Below are positions 26,790 through 38,957 of a stretch of 64,000 nt of DNA, piece after piece. The stretch spans positions 112,842,001-112,906,000 of the forward strand of contig NC_045696.1 of assembly GCF_009834535.1 (NCBI RefSeq), read 5' to 3'. Under the pieces are notes generated by a model, which searched no databases, was not told the DNA's origin, and saw only the letters and a list, made by a program, of their open reading frames with translations. The stretch is from Camelus ferus (taxonomy: Eukaryota). The position numbers and the translations under genes were made by a program. Numbering within the stretch: the stretch's first letter is position 1; every line of letters starts with the position of its first letter.

Positions 26790-27310
26790 ATCTGACTCAT
26801 TTCCAGTAGGGGTATGCGGGGCGCTGAAGGGAGCAAGGTTGGCCACTCCAGTGACCGCCCGGAGTTTTATGTTGACTCTAGAAGGGGCTGCTTCTTGCGG
26901 CAGCCCTAAGCCTGTGTGACCAAACTGTCCGCCCAGGCAGCTCTGCTGCTGAGACAGGGAGAGGGGAGATAAGCCAGAGGAGATGGCTCACATAACCCTA
27001 AACCACACTTGAGAGGACCCCAGAGGACGCGCTGGAGCGAAGAATCACACTTCAGATCCTCCTAGGTGGACATTTCCCAAAGGACTTCATCTACCACTAA
27101 TCGTGTGGTTCCAGTGGAAATTCCCCAAGACACGGAGGAGCTTGGTGGAGGCTGTATCAATGGGAGGGTTGGATTTTAGAGGGACGGTTGACTCTGCCAC
27201 AAAGGTCAGATCTTAGTAATCTCCCTAACTCTCTGCAAATCCAGAAGGTTTCAAAGCTGAAATGGTAGCATGACTCCAAGTTTCCCCTGGGTAACCAGCT
27301 ATAAAGCAGC
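26790..27310 (+). promoter_or_regulatory. Candidate inducible enhancer/promoter motif cluster
   Basis: AP-1 TGACTCA 26793-26799; CCGCCC boxes; AGATAAG 26967-26973; RUNX AACCACA 27001-27007 and TGTGGTT 27104-27110; kB GGAAATTCCCC 27116-27126; TATAAA 27300-27305; no repeat recognised here. Confidence 0.35.
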
Positions 27311-27611
27311 CTGCATTCACCCAGCATACTGAGTTTTGGTTACTCTGCATCATTTCATTTTTCTGGTTACACAACCTTCATTTTGTTTCAACGCTTTAAA
27401 AATTTTTTCACTTGCTTATCTTCATAAAAACCTCAAGAGCAGACACATCTTATTTATGATGTCAGTCATTTCAGTGCTTAAAATCGATCATCCTGAACGT
27501 GTGTTTCACCATAGTATTTTTGATGCAGTTGGGTGAGTCAGTGGCATGTTAGATTCTGAATAGAAGCTGAAGTCAGTTTCTGATTGTTTTTGTTTTTAAC
27601 CTGTAATTATA

Positions 27612-27720
27612 TTTTTTCTTTTCTTTTTTTTTAATTGACGTACAATCAATTACAATGTGTCAATCTCTGAAGTAAGCCAGAAAGAGAAAGAAAAATACCA
27701 TGTGATATCACTCATATGTG
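27612..27720 (-). mobile_element. Tiny 5'-inverted LINE-1 insertion
   Basis: T-rich tail plus antisense L1 terminus (27633-27669) joined to a sense ORF2-end piece 'aagtaagccagaaagagaaagaaaaataccatgtgatatcactcatatgtg' (27670-27720); both pieces match the L1 copy at 17735-18310. Confidence 0.85.
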
Positions 27721-28542
27721 ATTGCTGTTCTTGAAAACTCTAGGTGAGTAAGGATTGTGATTACTAAGGCGGTGATGGGTTGAGTGTCTGCTGTGGTAAC
27801 GTAGCCTTACGTTCATTTGTCCTGGCTTATGAACGACTTCAGATGAGCTTTTAAGAGTTTTTCAGTTGTGTCTTGGTTCATGGATCAGGGTAGGATGCCC
27901 CAACTTTAACGCAATGCAACAAACATCTGCTGAATGTCTGCATACCAGGTACCTGACTTCACGCCTTCCTCTCTTACAGTGTTCAGTCCTTTAGGGTTTA
28001 CTCCATGTGTTTGGTAGACACACAAGTGAACTATTAGAACCATCCCATGGTGTCAGCGACTTGTCACTTTGTTTCTTTCATTTTCAGTTCTCACGAAAAT
28101 CTCCCCAAGTCTACACATTGCCAGACTGCCTTTCAGCCCTCTGCCAGAGGGATTATTTTCTTCTTTCAAATATTTATAACACTTTGGATGCCCAGAATTA
28201 ATGGCCAGCCCCAGAGGAATCTGTCCCCAGTCCACAGTCAAGCCCTGGAGGTACACAGGCATGAATGCTTCAAAGGAAGAAGATGCTTGGACCCCTTTTA
28301 TAACGTCCCCTGGCACAGATGGGTATGCCAGTATTGTGTCAAACTTTCTTAACTTACTTGAAAAACTGATGAAAATGTTTCTTTTATCCCTTATTCTCCA
28401 ACACCAGTGTTAAAACTGTAAGCGAGCATCACATCTGGACAAAGTTTATCTAAGAAACTCACAAAGCAGAGCAGCCTCCCTTACTTTGCTGAATTACATA
28501 TGAAATTCTTTTGAGAAGAGGCATTCAGAGCCTGTCAGCAAT

Positions 28543-28660
28543 AGGTAATAATATAATAATTCTGATGAAAAAGAATATATATATGTGTATAACTGAATCA
28601 ATACACCATACACTAGAAATTAACACATTGTAAATCAACTATACTTCAATAAAAAAAAAA
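28543..28660 (+). mobile_element. L1 extreme 3' end
   Basis: 'tgtgtataactgaatca...agaaattaacacattgtaaatcaactatacttcaataaaaaaaaaa'. Confidence 0.85.
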
Positions 28661-29634
28661 TAATTGTTTCATCTCTGCTCCAGAGAAAGGAAGAATAATT
28701 GCCTAGGCCATGTTATAAAGCCCCTTTGCCAGTAAAGGGTATTTTCAAGAGTTTTCACAGTGATAAATCAGTCTTGAAACTTGAGAACACATTTCTCAAT
28801 GTGGAACTTGAAACACATTTCTCTACAGAAATTAAGTATAAATAGCAGTGTTTTCAGATAGAAATCCCTTCTCAACGCGTCATGAGAAATGGTTTCACAA
28901 ATTCTGAATTTCAAGAAGAAACTATTGAGAAGTCAGGAGAAATCATTACAATTCTCTGGCAAGAATTAAACCTTAACAATCAACACAGAGACCTTACTGC
29001 TTCTAAGAAATTCACAGACATCAAGTTGAAAGCAAGAGAAGTAAAAGCTGACACTTGAAGTTGAAGGTCAAGGTCGGCTTTTCCAGGAACCAGGACAGGG
29101 CCACATTAAAAAAAAAAAAAAAAAAAGCACAGTTTAATCAAATACTCTGGCTTGGAGCTGTTGCCACATTGTGTGTTCACAGTATATGCACAGAATGCGT
29201 TTACAAATCCTACCGAAGGTGTTCCAATGAACAGTGAGTACAAGAAACAAAATAAGGCCTTAAATCGGCAATTCAGACACGTGGTTTGGCGTGGCATTGT
29301 TAGCCTTGCTAGAAGATCTAAATGTTACATTATTTGAATACTACCTATTAACGTTTGCTGGCATTTTCCAGTGTCTGAACATTCACAGTATGCTATGGAT
29401 CTTGGCTAATAGCTTCCAAACTTAATATTTCTTATTAATCAAGTCTTTAGAGATAGCCATAATAATAAATCTTAAAAGTATGAAGAACACCGAATGTCTT
29501 TTCAAAATGATGTATAATTTTGGAAATTCCAAGAATTCTGATGTCTTATTCTTGAATCCCAAATATTAATATATGCCTGGAACTTGGAAACCTTAGTGGG
29601 TTGCCTTCCAAGTATAGCAAATAGATCTTTATAG

Positions 29635-30072
29635 TGTCATGTGCTCATCACCCCTGCCTTCTCCTGGGAACCGTGACCTCTTCCCCTCCTCCATCACGTG
29701 GCCAAAGTGGAAAGTGTCCAGCCTTTCCCATGGCCATATGGGAATGGTCCAGAAATGATCGCTGAGTTCTTCTCTGAGCTTTTTCAGATTTCAACTGGGA
29801 AAAAAATAGTCTATTTCTGCCATCATGGCAGAAGCAGTATATGATATAAAGAGTATAGAGGAACCTAGATGAGAAGCATGGAGATAAAGGGAAAGCAGAA
29901 GAGGTTCAAGTTCAGAGCTCCTGTTGTCCGTGAACCCGCCTACACCTCCGTCTGTCCCTGGGTTGGTTGTACAACGTAGCTCTCAGCTACTATTGTGGCT
30001 TCTGCCTCTTTGCTTAAACGGGTCAGGCTGGGTTCTGTTTTTTTACAACCGAATGAAGTCGTGATTAAGACA
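29635..30072 (+). mobile_element. Ancient MaLR LTR (MLT1K-like)
   Basis: 3' end 'tttgcttaaac..gtcaggctgggttctgtt...acaaccgaa..agtcgtgattaagaca'. Confidence 0.55.
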
Positions 30073-31700
30073 CAGAGGGAACTTATTTAATCACAATTGA
30101 GTTGATATCATTGCACTCTGCAAATAAGAAGTAGTAAGACTAACTACATAATAATAACAACAACAACAATAATAAAAAGAGCTATTTTTTTAAATGGCAG
30201 TGCCAGTGGGAGCTGTGACGCAGCATCACCAGATATTAACGCCTTGGGGTAAAATATCTGAACTCTAGGTTAGTAGGGTAAGCTGTCAGTTCCCTCAGGA
30301 CTTTGTCTTCCTTTTTTAAAACACTTGACCCTAATTGTTTTAAGTGTCTGTCTCAGGTGTAGCCTTTAAGCAGTGTTAAGTACCAGAGCTACAGCCATCA
30401 CCTTCATCACTGTATCCCCAGGACCTCGCACATAGTTGGACACACAGAAGTTGCACAGCAAATATTTCTAGAATGAAAACTAGTGAACACACAGACAAAA
30501 GTATGAGGAAAGCAGTGTGTGGCCAGGGAGGAGGTGGGAACTGGATATTGGACTTGACCCAGATACTTTGACTGGTAAGAGGAAGAAAGAAAGTCTGCAT
30601 CGATCAGACTGAGGGAGATCTCAGACAACGTGGCAATGTTGGCTGCCTGACACCAGAGGACAACAGCAAAACGAATCTACAGAACTGAAGTGCAAATTCT
30701 TCTCACGCAACTTCAGAACGAGAAATGGCGAGAAGAGAGTTAGTGATCACTCTCTCGCCCTTTATTTAAAAAGGCATACAAATCATATAAAATAACGTGT
30801 ATTTATTACACTAAGAAAACGTTATTTTAAAAGCCAGACTTTTAATAATTAAATCCTGAAAAAAGTAAATGACATTATAAAACATAAATATCTTCATAGA
30901 AGAGCCAAATTAAATAGAGCCACACAGGGAATCTGGAAGCAAGCCCTGTCTGTGAGGGCTTCTAGGTACTTGGTGCATTTCTGGTTCTATTTTAAAAGAC
31001 TCAGATCAAAACTCCTTGCTTAGACTTGATACAGAGTGATAGATTAACACCTTTGCTTCTGTGTAGTACACTGAAATACAGATTTCCTTGTTTTATCCAA
31101 TACATGAGCCCAATCTTCTTTCTTCTCCAGGCACAATTCATGATTCAACACCATCTTCACTTCAAATCTAAACTAGCGTGAAACTAGCAATGTTGGCACT
31201 TAATCTGTTCTACGTGGCAAGTAGTTTAATCTGCAATATCACTTTATGGATTTTGTCTCTTTAAATTATATTACCCTATTTAAGTTCTCGTATTAACATA
31301 AACATGTAACTAAAAATACTCTAAGGATGTAAACAAACCCTGAGAAAAATGTGTGCTGGCATTACTAACCAGAGAGTTTGCCTTCTGAGAATGTTATTTA
31401 CAGTGATGTCCAGAGTGGGTGAGATGTGATGAACAAGGGAAAAATCCCACCCAATCTGTACTAGAAGGACACGTGCAGTGAGGTGGGGGGTCCCCACCCA
31501 ATGCTGCAGACTACCCACCAGAGACTCGTAGGTCTGGAGCCTGAAACTGCTCCACAGACACTGGGCAAGAAGTCTTAGGGCAAGACAACAAATTTGCACT
31601 TTGGGTTTTTTTTGGTTTTTTGTTTTGTTTTGTTTTGTTTTTTTCTGTTAATTCTGAGGCACATGGTCTACCGACAAAATTTCAGATCAGTGTACTAACT

Positions 31701-32028
31701 CAGAGTCAGTAAACTTTTCCTGAAAAAGTCCATACGGTTCATATTTTAGACTTTTGGGGCCAAATGATCCCTCTTGAAACTGTTCAGGTCTACTTTACAT
31801 GAAAGCCACCACAGACAATATGTAAACACACAGTTGGAGCTGTGTCCGGGTGAAACTTCACTTATGGGCACTGACATCTGAATTTCATAGAATGTTCATG
31901 TGTCATGCAGAGTTCTTTATTTGATTTTTTCCAGCCATTTAAAAATATAAAAAACCATTCTTAGCTCTCAGGCTGAACCAAAATAAGGGTTAGGCAGATT
32001 GGTCCTGTGGCCTTGACTTTGAACCCTG
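31701..32028. mobile_element. MER58B-like hAT-Charlie MITE
   Basis: 'cagagtcagtaaacttttcctgaaaa...agacaatatgtaaac...gaatttcatagaatgttcatgtgtcatg...ccatttaaaaatataaaaaaccattcttagctc...accctg'. Confidence 0.8.
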
Positions 32029-32849
32029 TATGAAATTATCAATGATATTAATATGTCTTTCATTAGTAATGATTACATTTTACTTTCTATTGCTTCAGAT
32101 CTACCAGAAGAACTCAGCATCCATTATTACTTTTTTTTTTTTTTGCTTTTTTGAGTTAATATCGTTACAATAGCTCAAAATTCTATGTAACTTAAAAGTT
32201 AAGGGTAGAAAAGATTGAAAAGAATCTCTCCACATAAGCAGCATGGCTTATAGCAAGGCATTATCTAAATTCTCTGAATGACAAATAAGTGGGTTTTTGT
32301 GCCTAAACTGATCAATTTAAGAATCTCTAGTGACAAAAATTTTTTTTTAAAATCCTGTTCTGGTCTCCATTTTATTTGTAGAGTTGTTACTACACTATGC
32401 ATGATGGCCCATTTCATGCAATGTGACTTTAAATAGTGCTGGTTTAATTTGGGTAGCTTTTTAATGAAAGGACATTGATACCTGCTGCTTCACTGCCTAA
32501 CAGAATAAATTGGGAGTGAGCATGATGTATGAATATAAAAATATGGATAATCTATAGATGGTAACTCAAGATCCTTTTCCCATACAGTTTCTCTTAACGA
32601 AATTCAAATGAAGCCTTACATCGTTCTGTGTAACCAAAGAGCAGGGTTAGTGCTGCCTCTCTCCTTGCGCTACTGTAGGTAAATATTGGTTATAATGTAG
32701 TCAACGTTGAGAGAAAGGGTTCAAATCATCGAATGCAATCTCATCTGCAGTGGAGTGGTCTAGATAAATATAAAGGCAGGTAGGGGATTTGTAATTATTG
32801 AGGAGCTATTTGGGGGTTTTGTTAACAGAATTCATATTGCTGAATCCAA

Positions 32850-33730
32850 AAATTTATTCAACAAGCATTTTTTAAAAAATTTATTTATTCATTTTTTTAA
32901 TGGAAGTACTAGGGATTGAACCCAGGACCTTGTTCATGCTAAGCATGCGCTCTACCACAGAGCTGTGCCCTCTCCACCTCAATAAGCAGTTACTGAATGC
33001 CTATTATGATTCAGACAGGGCTATAACACAGATAAGCTCTGTCCTTACAGACCTATTCTACTCAAAAGAGCCAGGTAACATGCAAGCAATCAAATATATA
33101 CTTTGTCATAGGGTGATAAATATTAAGAAGATTAGAGGGGGAAGATAATATGGTATGGGGGTAGCTACTATTTTTCTATAGAGAAGTCAAGAAATAGACT
33201 CTGTGTAGGTGGTATTATAACATAAATGAAGTACAGGAGCAAGCTATGTGGATGTTTGGGAGAAAAGCATTCCCAAGCAGAAAGAATAGCAAACACAAAG
33301 ACCTAGAGATGGGACCATCCTTGGAATGTTCCAGGATCAGCCAGGAGACCGACACGGATGGAGAAGAGCGAGCAAGCAGGGGACTCCACAAAGACAGGTA
33401 TTTTTCTCCACTTTGTTCACTGCTGTATTCCCTGCACATGAAACAGCATCCAGCACATAGTAAGTACTAAGTAAATATTTGCTGGATGAATGGATAAATG
33501 AACAAATCTATAAGAACAGGGAGAAAGAAAGGGGTGTAGATTACATAGGACCTCATAAATGACTGTAAGAACTTCGGATTTGACTTAAGAAAGAGCAGCC
33601 ACTGAAGGGCTCCAAGCAGAGAAGTGTCACGATCTGTCAGGATTTTTAAAGGGTCACTTGATTTATCATAGATGAGACTGTCAGGAGGAAGTACTGAAGC
33701 AGGGAGAAAGGAAGAAGGCTATTTCAATAA
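32850..33730 (-). mobile_element. LINE-2 3' region, interrupted by the SINE and by a plus-strand L2 tail at ~33390-33505
   Basis: 'atttattcaacaagca..ttactgaatgcctattat', 'agcattcccaagcagaaagaatagcaaacacaaagacctagag', 'gccactgaagggctccaagcagagaagtg'. Confidence 0.75.
32871..32978 (-). mobile_element. tRNA-derived SINE (vic-1-like) inserted in an L2 tail
   Basis: Reverse complement carries an A-box-like 'agctctgtggtagagcgcatgcttagcatg' and B box 'gggttcaatccc'; degenerate TSD tcaacaagcattt / tcaataagcagtt. Confidence 0.9.
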
Positions 33731-34169
33731 CAAATAGCACGGACGGAAGTATCAGCATATGCAATACAATTATTTAAGATTTGAATTACAGTGATGTATA
33801 GAACCGGAGGGATGTTATATATTAAACACGGGGTCAAACTAAGCTATGTGGCAATGAAGAGGGCTAGCTGAGTCTTCCAGCTAGATTTTCACCAGAGTAG
33901 GAGTGCAGCTGGTGATCAGTGTTGCAAACTTTTTCTTTTATCAGCTCACATGTGGCAATCAGGCTCTGAAATGAATTCAGATTACCAAATTCCCACTGAG
34001 AAGACACCTACATACCCTGCAGCAACTAACACAGGTCATTGGCCTCAAAAGAACCTGGGTAAGGAGTAGGGCAACCAGGTGGTTTCCAAGGTGCCAGTTT
34101 ATAAGGGCTACAAAAGCATCACTGGAATTATATCAAGACTGAAAGAATTGTTTTTATCTACACTCCTCT

Positions 34170-34656
34170 CAGAGAGATAAGTCTCTCAAGATAGTCACCC
34201 CATGAACCATATCCTCAGGATTCATGGTCTTGTGTATTCACTCGCCCTCTCTTTATATCTGGGTTGGGCCTGTGACTCACTTTTACTAAAAGAAAGAGGT
34301 GGAAGTAATCCTACGTGACTTCAGGGGCATGGGCAGAAGAAGTCTTCCACTTTCTATCATCTTCTCTTGGAACATTCATTCTAGGGAAGCCATCAACCAT
34401 GTAAAAAAGCCACATACTCTCCTATAGAGACCACATGAAGGGGCCTTACACCACTCTGTTAAGGCAGCTGGCATGTCTTGGACACCCAGACTAGACAAGC
34501 TACTAGCTCAATTCCAACAAGTGACTTGAATCAAGAATCAGCCCACAAAAGCCTGTCTAAATTCCTGACTCACAGAAACCATGAAAAAATAAAACGGTTG
34601 TTTTAAGCCACTACATTTTGAGGTACTTTGTTACACAGCACTAGCTATCCAGAACA
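34170..34656 (+). mobile_element. MaLR solo LTR (MLT1G/H-like)
   Basis: 'ctgggttgggcctgtgactcacttt...aattcctgactcacagaaaccatga...ttgttttaagccactacattttgaggt..ttgttacacagca...ccagaaca'. Confidence 0.85.
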
Positions 34657-35524
34657 GCAATGTATGTGATTTGTAGGAATAATTTAATAAATCCCTTGAG
34701 TAGAGACAATATTCCAATGAGGCATAATCAAATGGTCACTGGCGATTATTAAAGCAACGTCCCATGAAAAGGGCTGGGTTCAGGTACATGTTGTCAGGGT
34801 GTGCATGTTTGGAGCATGACTGTTTAATTGCTGAGGGCAGAAGAAGAGAGGAGATGTGGCCAACAGGGGCCTTTATCCATCTTTCTTTTACAGCACAAAT
34901 TACCCACATGTGTGGGTCTACCCTGGGGCATCGCCACTGCTCCTTCAGTCAGGAGACTTATTCAGAAGAGAAAAGTCATGCATGACAATGTTGCTCTTTG
35001 AACAATGGATTAGCACAAAAAGAGCAGATATCTTTATTGGAAAAATTTTTCCATTTTGTCATTTGAGATAGAAACTAGACGTTTAGGATGAAAACTAGAT
35101 CTTTGAAATTCCTGGAAGGACAAAATAGGACAAAATTCCAACTTCTTTTTAATAAGAGCTTATATTGCGTTTTCCTAGTTGGTTTAGGATGGAAAGTACA
35201 AAGAAATGGCCTTTGATTGCCATGTTTCCAGAAGTTGTACGTACTTCGATTCTCAATACAGGAAAAATAACACTGTCAAAATGGGATTTGTCCATTATCC
35301 TCTAAGATTTCAAGGAACAGGCATATTTTATGATTTTTCTCAGTTCCTCGCCAAAACACTCCCTCAACAAAACTAGTTAAGCTTAGATTTTTTTTTTTCT
35401 CACTTATGGGATCTAGAGTGTAGACAGCTTACCAGTATGTAGTATCATTTGGTTTGTAAACTACTGTTTTAGAAGACACAAAACTAGAAAACTCCATTTA
35501 ATCTTTAGTATAATTCACAAGAAC

Positions 35525-35730
35525 AATAATAGTTAACAAATGGTCAACTTTCAGGGAATGTTCATTTATGGCAAGCACTATGCTAAATAAATATTGTAAA
35601 TGTCATATAAATTCTATAAGGTAGGTATCGTTATATTTTCCATTTAATGTATTAGAAAGCTAAAATTTAGAAAGCTTTAATTATTCACTCAGCCTTAAAC
35701 AGAAGTGCCTGAATGCTAAGTCTTTGTTCT
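35525..35730 (-). mobile_element. MIR SINE
   Basis: 'gcaagcactatgctaa...ctataaggtaggtatcgttatattttccattt'. Confidence 0.55.
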
Positions 35731-36820
35731 TAAAACACGTATACATCATTATAATAAGGCAAGGTCTTGTGGCAGGAGTTTATAAACTTTGGCCCCTAAA
35801 AAGATAAATTTTTTTCAGTTTAGAACTCTATCTCAGTCTTCAAAATATGAAAGATAAAACACATTTGTATGGATTGTTTATTATCAACACTGGAAAACTA
35901 TGGAAATATTATTCTGGCATTAGATTAACATCACATCATATCATATATAACTGAAGAAGAATTGCTGTTGATCAAAACACAAAAGAGCCCACCCTCAGGA
36001 AAGCATTTAACTAAACTGTTATACTCTTGTGATAAATAGAGAAAAATAGTAAAATCTTGAAAAACATCCAAACCCATTTCAATATAGTATGTGACTCTGG
36101 CAGGCTTCTCTTCATTTATTTGGCCTCTAGGATTTTCACAGTGTTGATGAGAGGCCCACAAAAAGGGGAAATAGCTATGATTGCAAATATGGATCTTATT
36201 TAAACACTCATAAAAATTCCAATTTCAACACTCTGGGTGTTTTGTTTTTATTTTTTGGTGGCCAAAAAACATAAATTTATTTAATGTGAAAACCGGTAAA
36301 GTTGGGCGTTTCCATTTAGAAGGGCGTTGAGCTAGTCCCTTTGCCTTCCAACTAAATATCTTTGAAGTTAGAAAAGCTTACAACAATGCTGAAAATGAAT
36401 ACAACTGATTTATAGCTAGCGTCTGGAAGGAGTTTCTAACCATAAAACTGATGAAACTGGATGGAGAAAAACCAGAGTGTGGCCAACGGATGCTTTGCCC
36501 CATGAGGTAGACCATCCCTTCCTGCTTAAAAAGAGTGGAAAGAATGGAGTAAATACTTCATCTCTTTTCCACTTTCTCCAATGGACCTGTGGCGGTAAGA
36601 AAAATGGGCAACATTTTCCTGCACGTTTCTGCCTTTCTGGGTTTCCAGAGGAATACCCTTCAAGCACTTTACAATCATACTGAAACTTTAGCTGCCAGAA
36701 CACAGCAGGATGGAAGACAGGACGGTGTTCAGCGTGGTGGAGAGCTGTGCCAGCGGTGGTGTCTTTTACTTCTAGTCCTGAGAAACAACGCGCTGTAAGA
36801 GGAAGAGCCTGGTAGCACGA

Positions 36821-37235
36821 TGCTGTGGACTGAACTGCGTTCCCCCAAACACATAGGTTGAAGCCCCAGCTACCACTGTGACTATATTTGAGGACACAGC
36901 CTTTATGGAGGTAATTAAGTTTAAATGAGGTCATAACAGTGGAGCTGTGCTCCAAAAGGATTAGTGTCCTTACAAGAAGAGACATCAGAGAGCTCACTCT
37001 CCCACTCTCGCTCCCTCCCCTCCTCCCCGCCTTTTCTCTCCCTCCCCTCATGTGAGGTCACAGTGAAAAAGGCCGCTGTTTGCAAGTGAGGAAGACAGCT
37101 TTCACCAGAAATTGAATCAGCCAGCATCTCCATCTTGGACTTGTAGCCTCCAAAAACTGTAAGAAAATAAGTTTTTGTAGTTTAAGCCACTCAGTCTATG
37201 GTATTTTGTTATGGCAGCTCAAGCTGACTAGGACT
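36821..37235 (+). mobile_element. MaLR solo LTR (MLT1A-like)
   Basis: 'tgctgtggactgaactgcgttccccc...gaggtaattaagtttaaatgaggtcat...tttaagccactcagtctatggtattttgttatggcagctcaagctgactaggac'. Confidence 0.9.
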
Positions 37236-38361
37236 TTATACAGGAAATTGTGTTTTGTCGTGTGTTTATCACTTGAGCCCTACAAAGAATTAGGCAGTGA
37301 TGGCAGGAACAGATGCCAGCTCAGTGCTGTAAATGAATCCCTGTTATGCAAAGAATTATAAAAATTAGGTGAATCACATTAAAGAGAACCGCAGCAAGAA
37401 AGGAAAACAGCCATGTTCACGAACACTAGATGCAATATTGTGAAGAGGCTAGTCTGAGGCATTCTAAAAAAGAGGCAACAAGATTTTCAGCAGTTCAACA
37501 AGCTCTTTTGAAAACTTATATGGCAGAACAAAGGACTATGATACTTACAAAGAATACTCAAGAGGGGAAAAAATAAACACTTAGGAGGACTTGCTGTACA
37601 TGATATCAAGACTTGGTAAAAACAAAAAACAAAAAAGCTAGTAACTAAGACCAATGTATTTGGTGCAAAAATAGACAAATAGATCTGACTAGTGAGTCCA
37701 GAACTAGTACAACATGTATGTGGAAACTTGTTATATAATAGAGCTGACATTTCAGATCAGTGGGAAAAAATAGATGGCTAACTACATGGAGAAAAAAGTA
37801 AAATTAGATTCCTGTTGCACACCATATACAAAAATCAATTCCAGATGGATTAATGATTCATATGTATGTAAAAGGCAAAATTTCAAAACCTTTAGAACCA
37901 ATATAGGGGAGTACCTTTATGATATCAAGAGCAATAAACCAGAAAGCAAATCAAATGTAAGCCTGAGTAACAATGTTAATATCAGACAAAATAAAGATCA
38001 AGGCATAAAAGATAAAGAGCAGCAGTATATGGTGCAAAAAGGAAAAGTGTGGACATATGCACCGAAGAATATAGACTCACAAAATGTAGAGCAACAACTG
38101 AGAGAAAGAAAGTGAAAAATAGATCCATCAACAATTAAATTGGAATTGAAGATTTCAACATGTCTCTCTTGGAACCAAATAAATTAAACATAGCAAAGAC
38201 AGGAAAAATATAACTATCAAAACTAACATACAGATCTATATGAAAGTTGACACCCAAGAAAGAGAAGAGAGAACACAGATTTCCTGTAATAGAGAACACT
38301 CAAAATAATTATGTTGACTAACACAATGAAAACCTTAATAAATTAAAAAAAATTAATATCA

Positions 38362-38957
38362 GGGCATGGGAGGATGAGTGAAATAGGTGAGAGAAATTAA
38401 GAGTTACACACTCCCATTTAAAAAATAAATAAGTCACAGAAATGAAATGTATAGCATGGGGAATACAGTCAATAATGTTATAATAACTTTGTATGGCGAC
38501 TGACGGTAACTAGACTTACCCTGGTGATCACTTTGTAACGTAAATACTGAATCACTGTGCTGTGTGCTTGGAACTAACACAGTGTTGTAGGTCAATTATA
38601 CTTCAACAATAACAACAAAAAAGTGGTAACTATATGAGGTCATGGATGTGTTAATTAATTTGATTGTGGCAATCATTTTACAACACATACATATATTAAA
38701 TCATTATGTAGTACACCTTTAAAAATCACATTGTAGGGGGGAGGGTATAGCTCAGTGGTAGAGTGTGTGCCTAGCATGAACAAGTTCCTAGGATAAATCC
38801 CCAGTACCTCCATTAAAATAAATACACAAATAAACAAACAAACCTAATTACATCCCCCCTCCAAAATTTTTTTTAAAATCACATTGTATGACTTAAATTT
38901 ATATAATTTTTACTTGTCAATAATACCTCCTTAAAGTTGGAAAAAATTAAATTATTT
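38362..38957 (+). mobile_element. L1MA-type 3'UTR insertion
   Basis: L1MA 3'UTR motifs; perfect 15-bp TSD AAAAAATTAATATCA at 38347-38361 and 38958-38972. Confidence 0.85.
38736..38874 (+). mobile_element. tRNA-derived SINE (vic-1-like), full length
   Basis: 'gggggagggtatagctcagtggtagagtgtgtgcctagcatg...aatccccagtacctccatt'; perfect 14-bp TSD AAAATCACATTGTA at 38722-38735 and 38875-38888. Confidence 0.93.

Noticed and set aside
36416..37051. Longest ORF (211 aa, minus) as a protein-coding gene
   Set aside because: The N-terminal third is antisense MLT1A LTR and low-complexity sequence; no recognisable domain
38736..38810. tRNA gene
   Set aside because: The tRNA-like head continues into an AT-rich tail with a TSD, and the B box is mutated; it is a SINE
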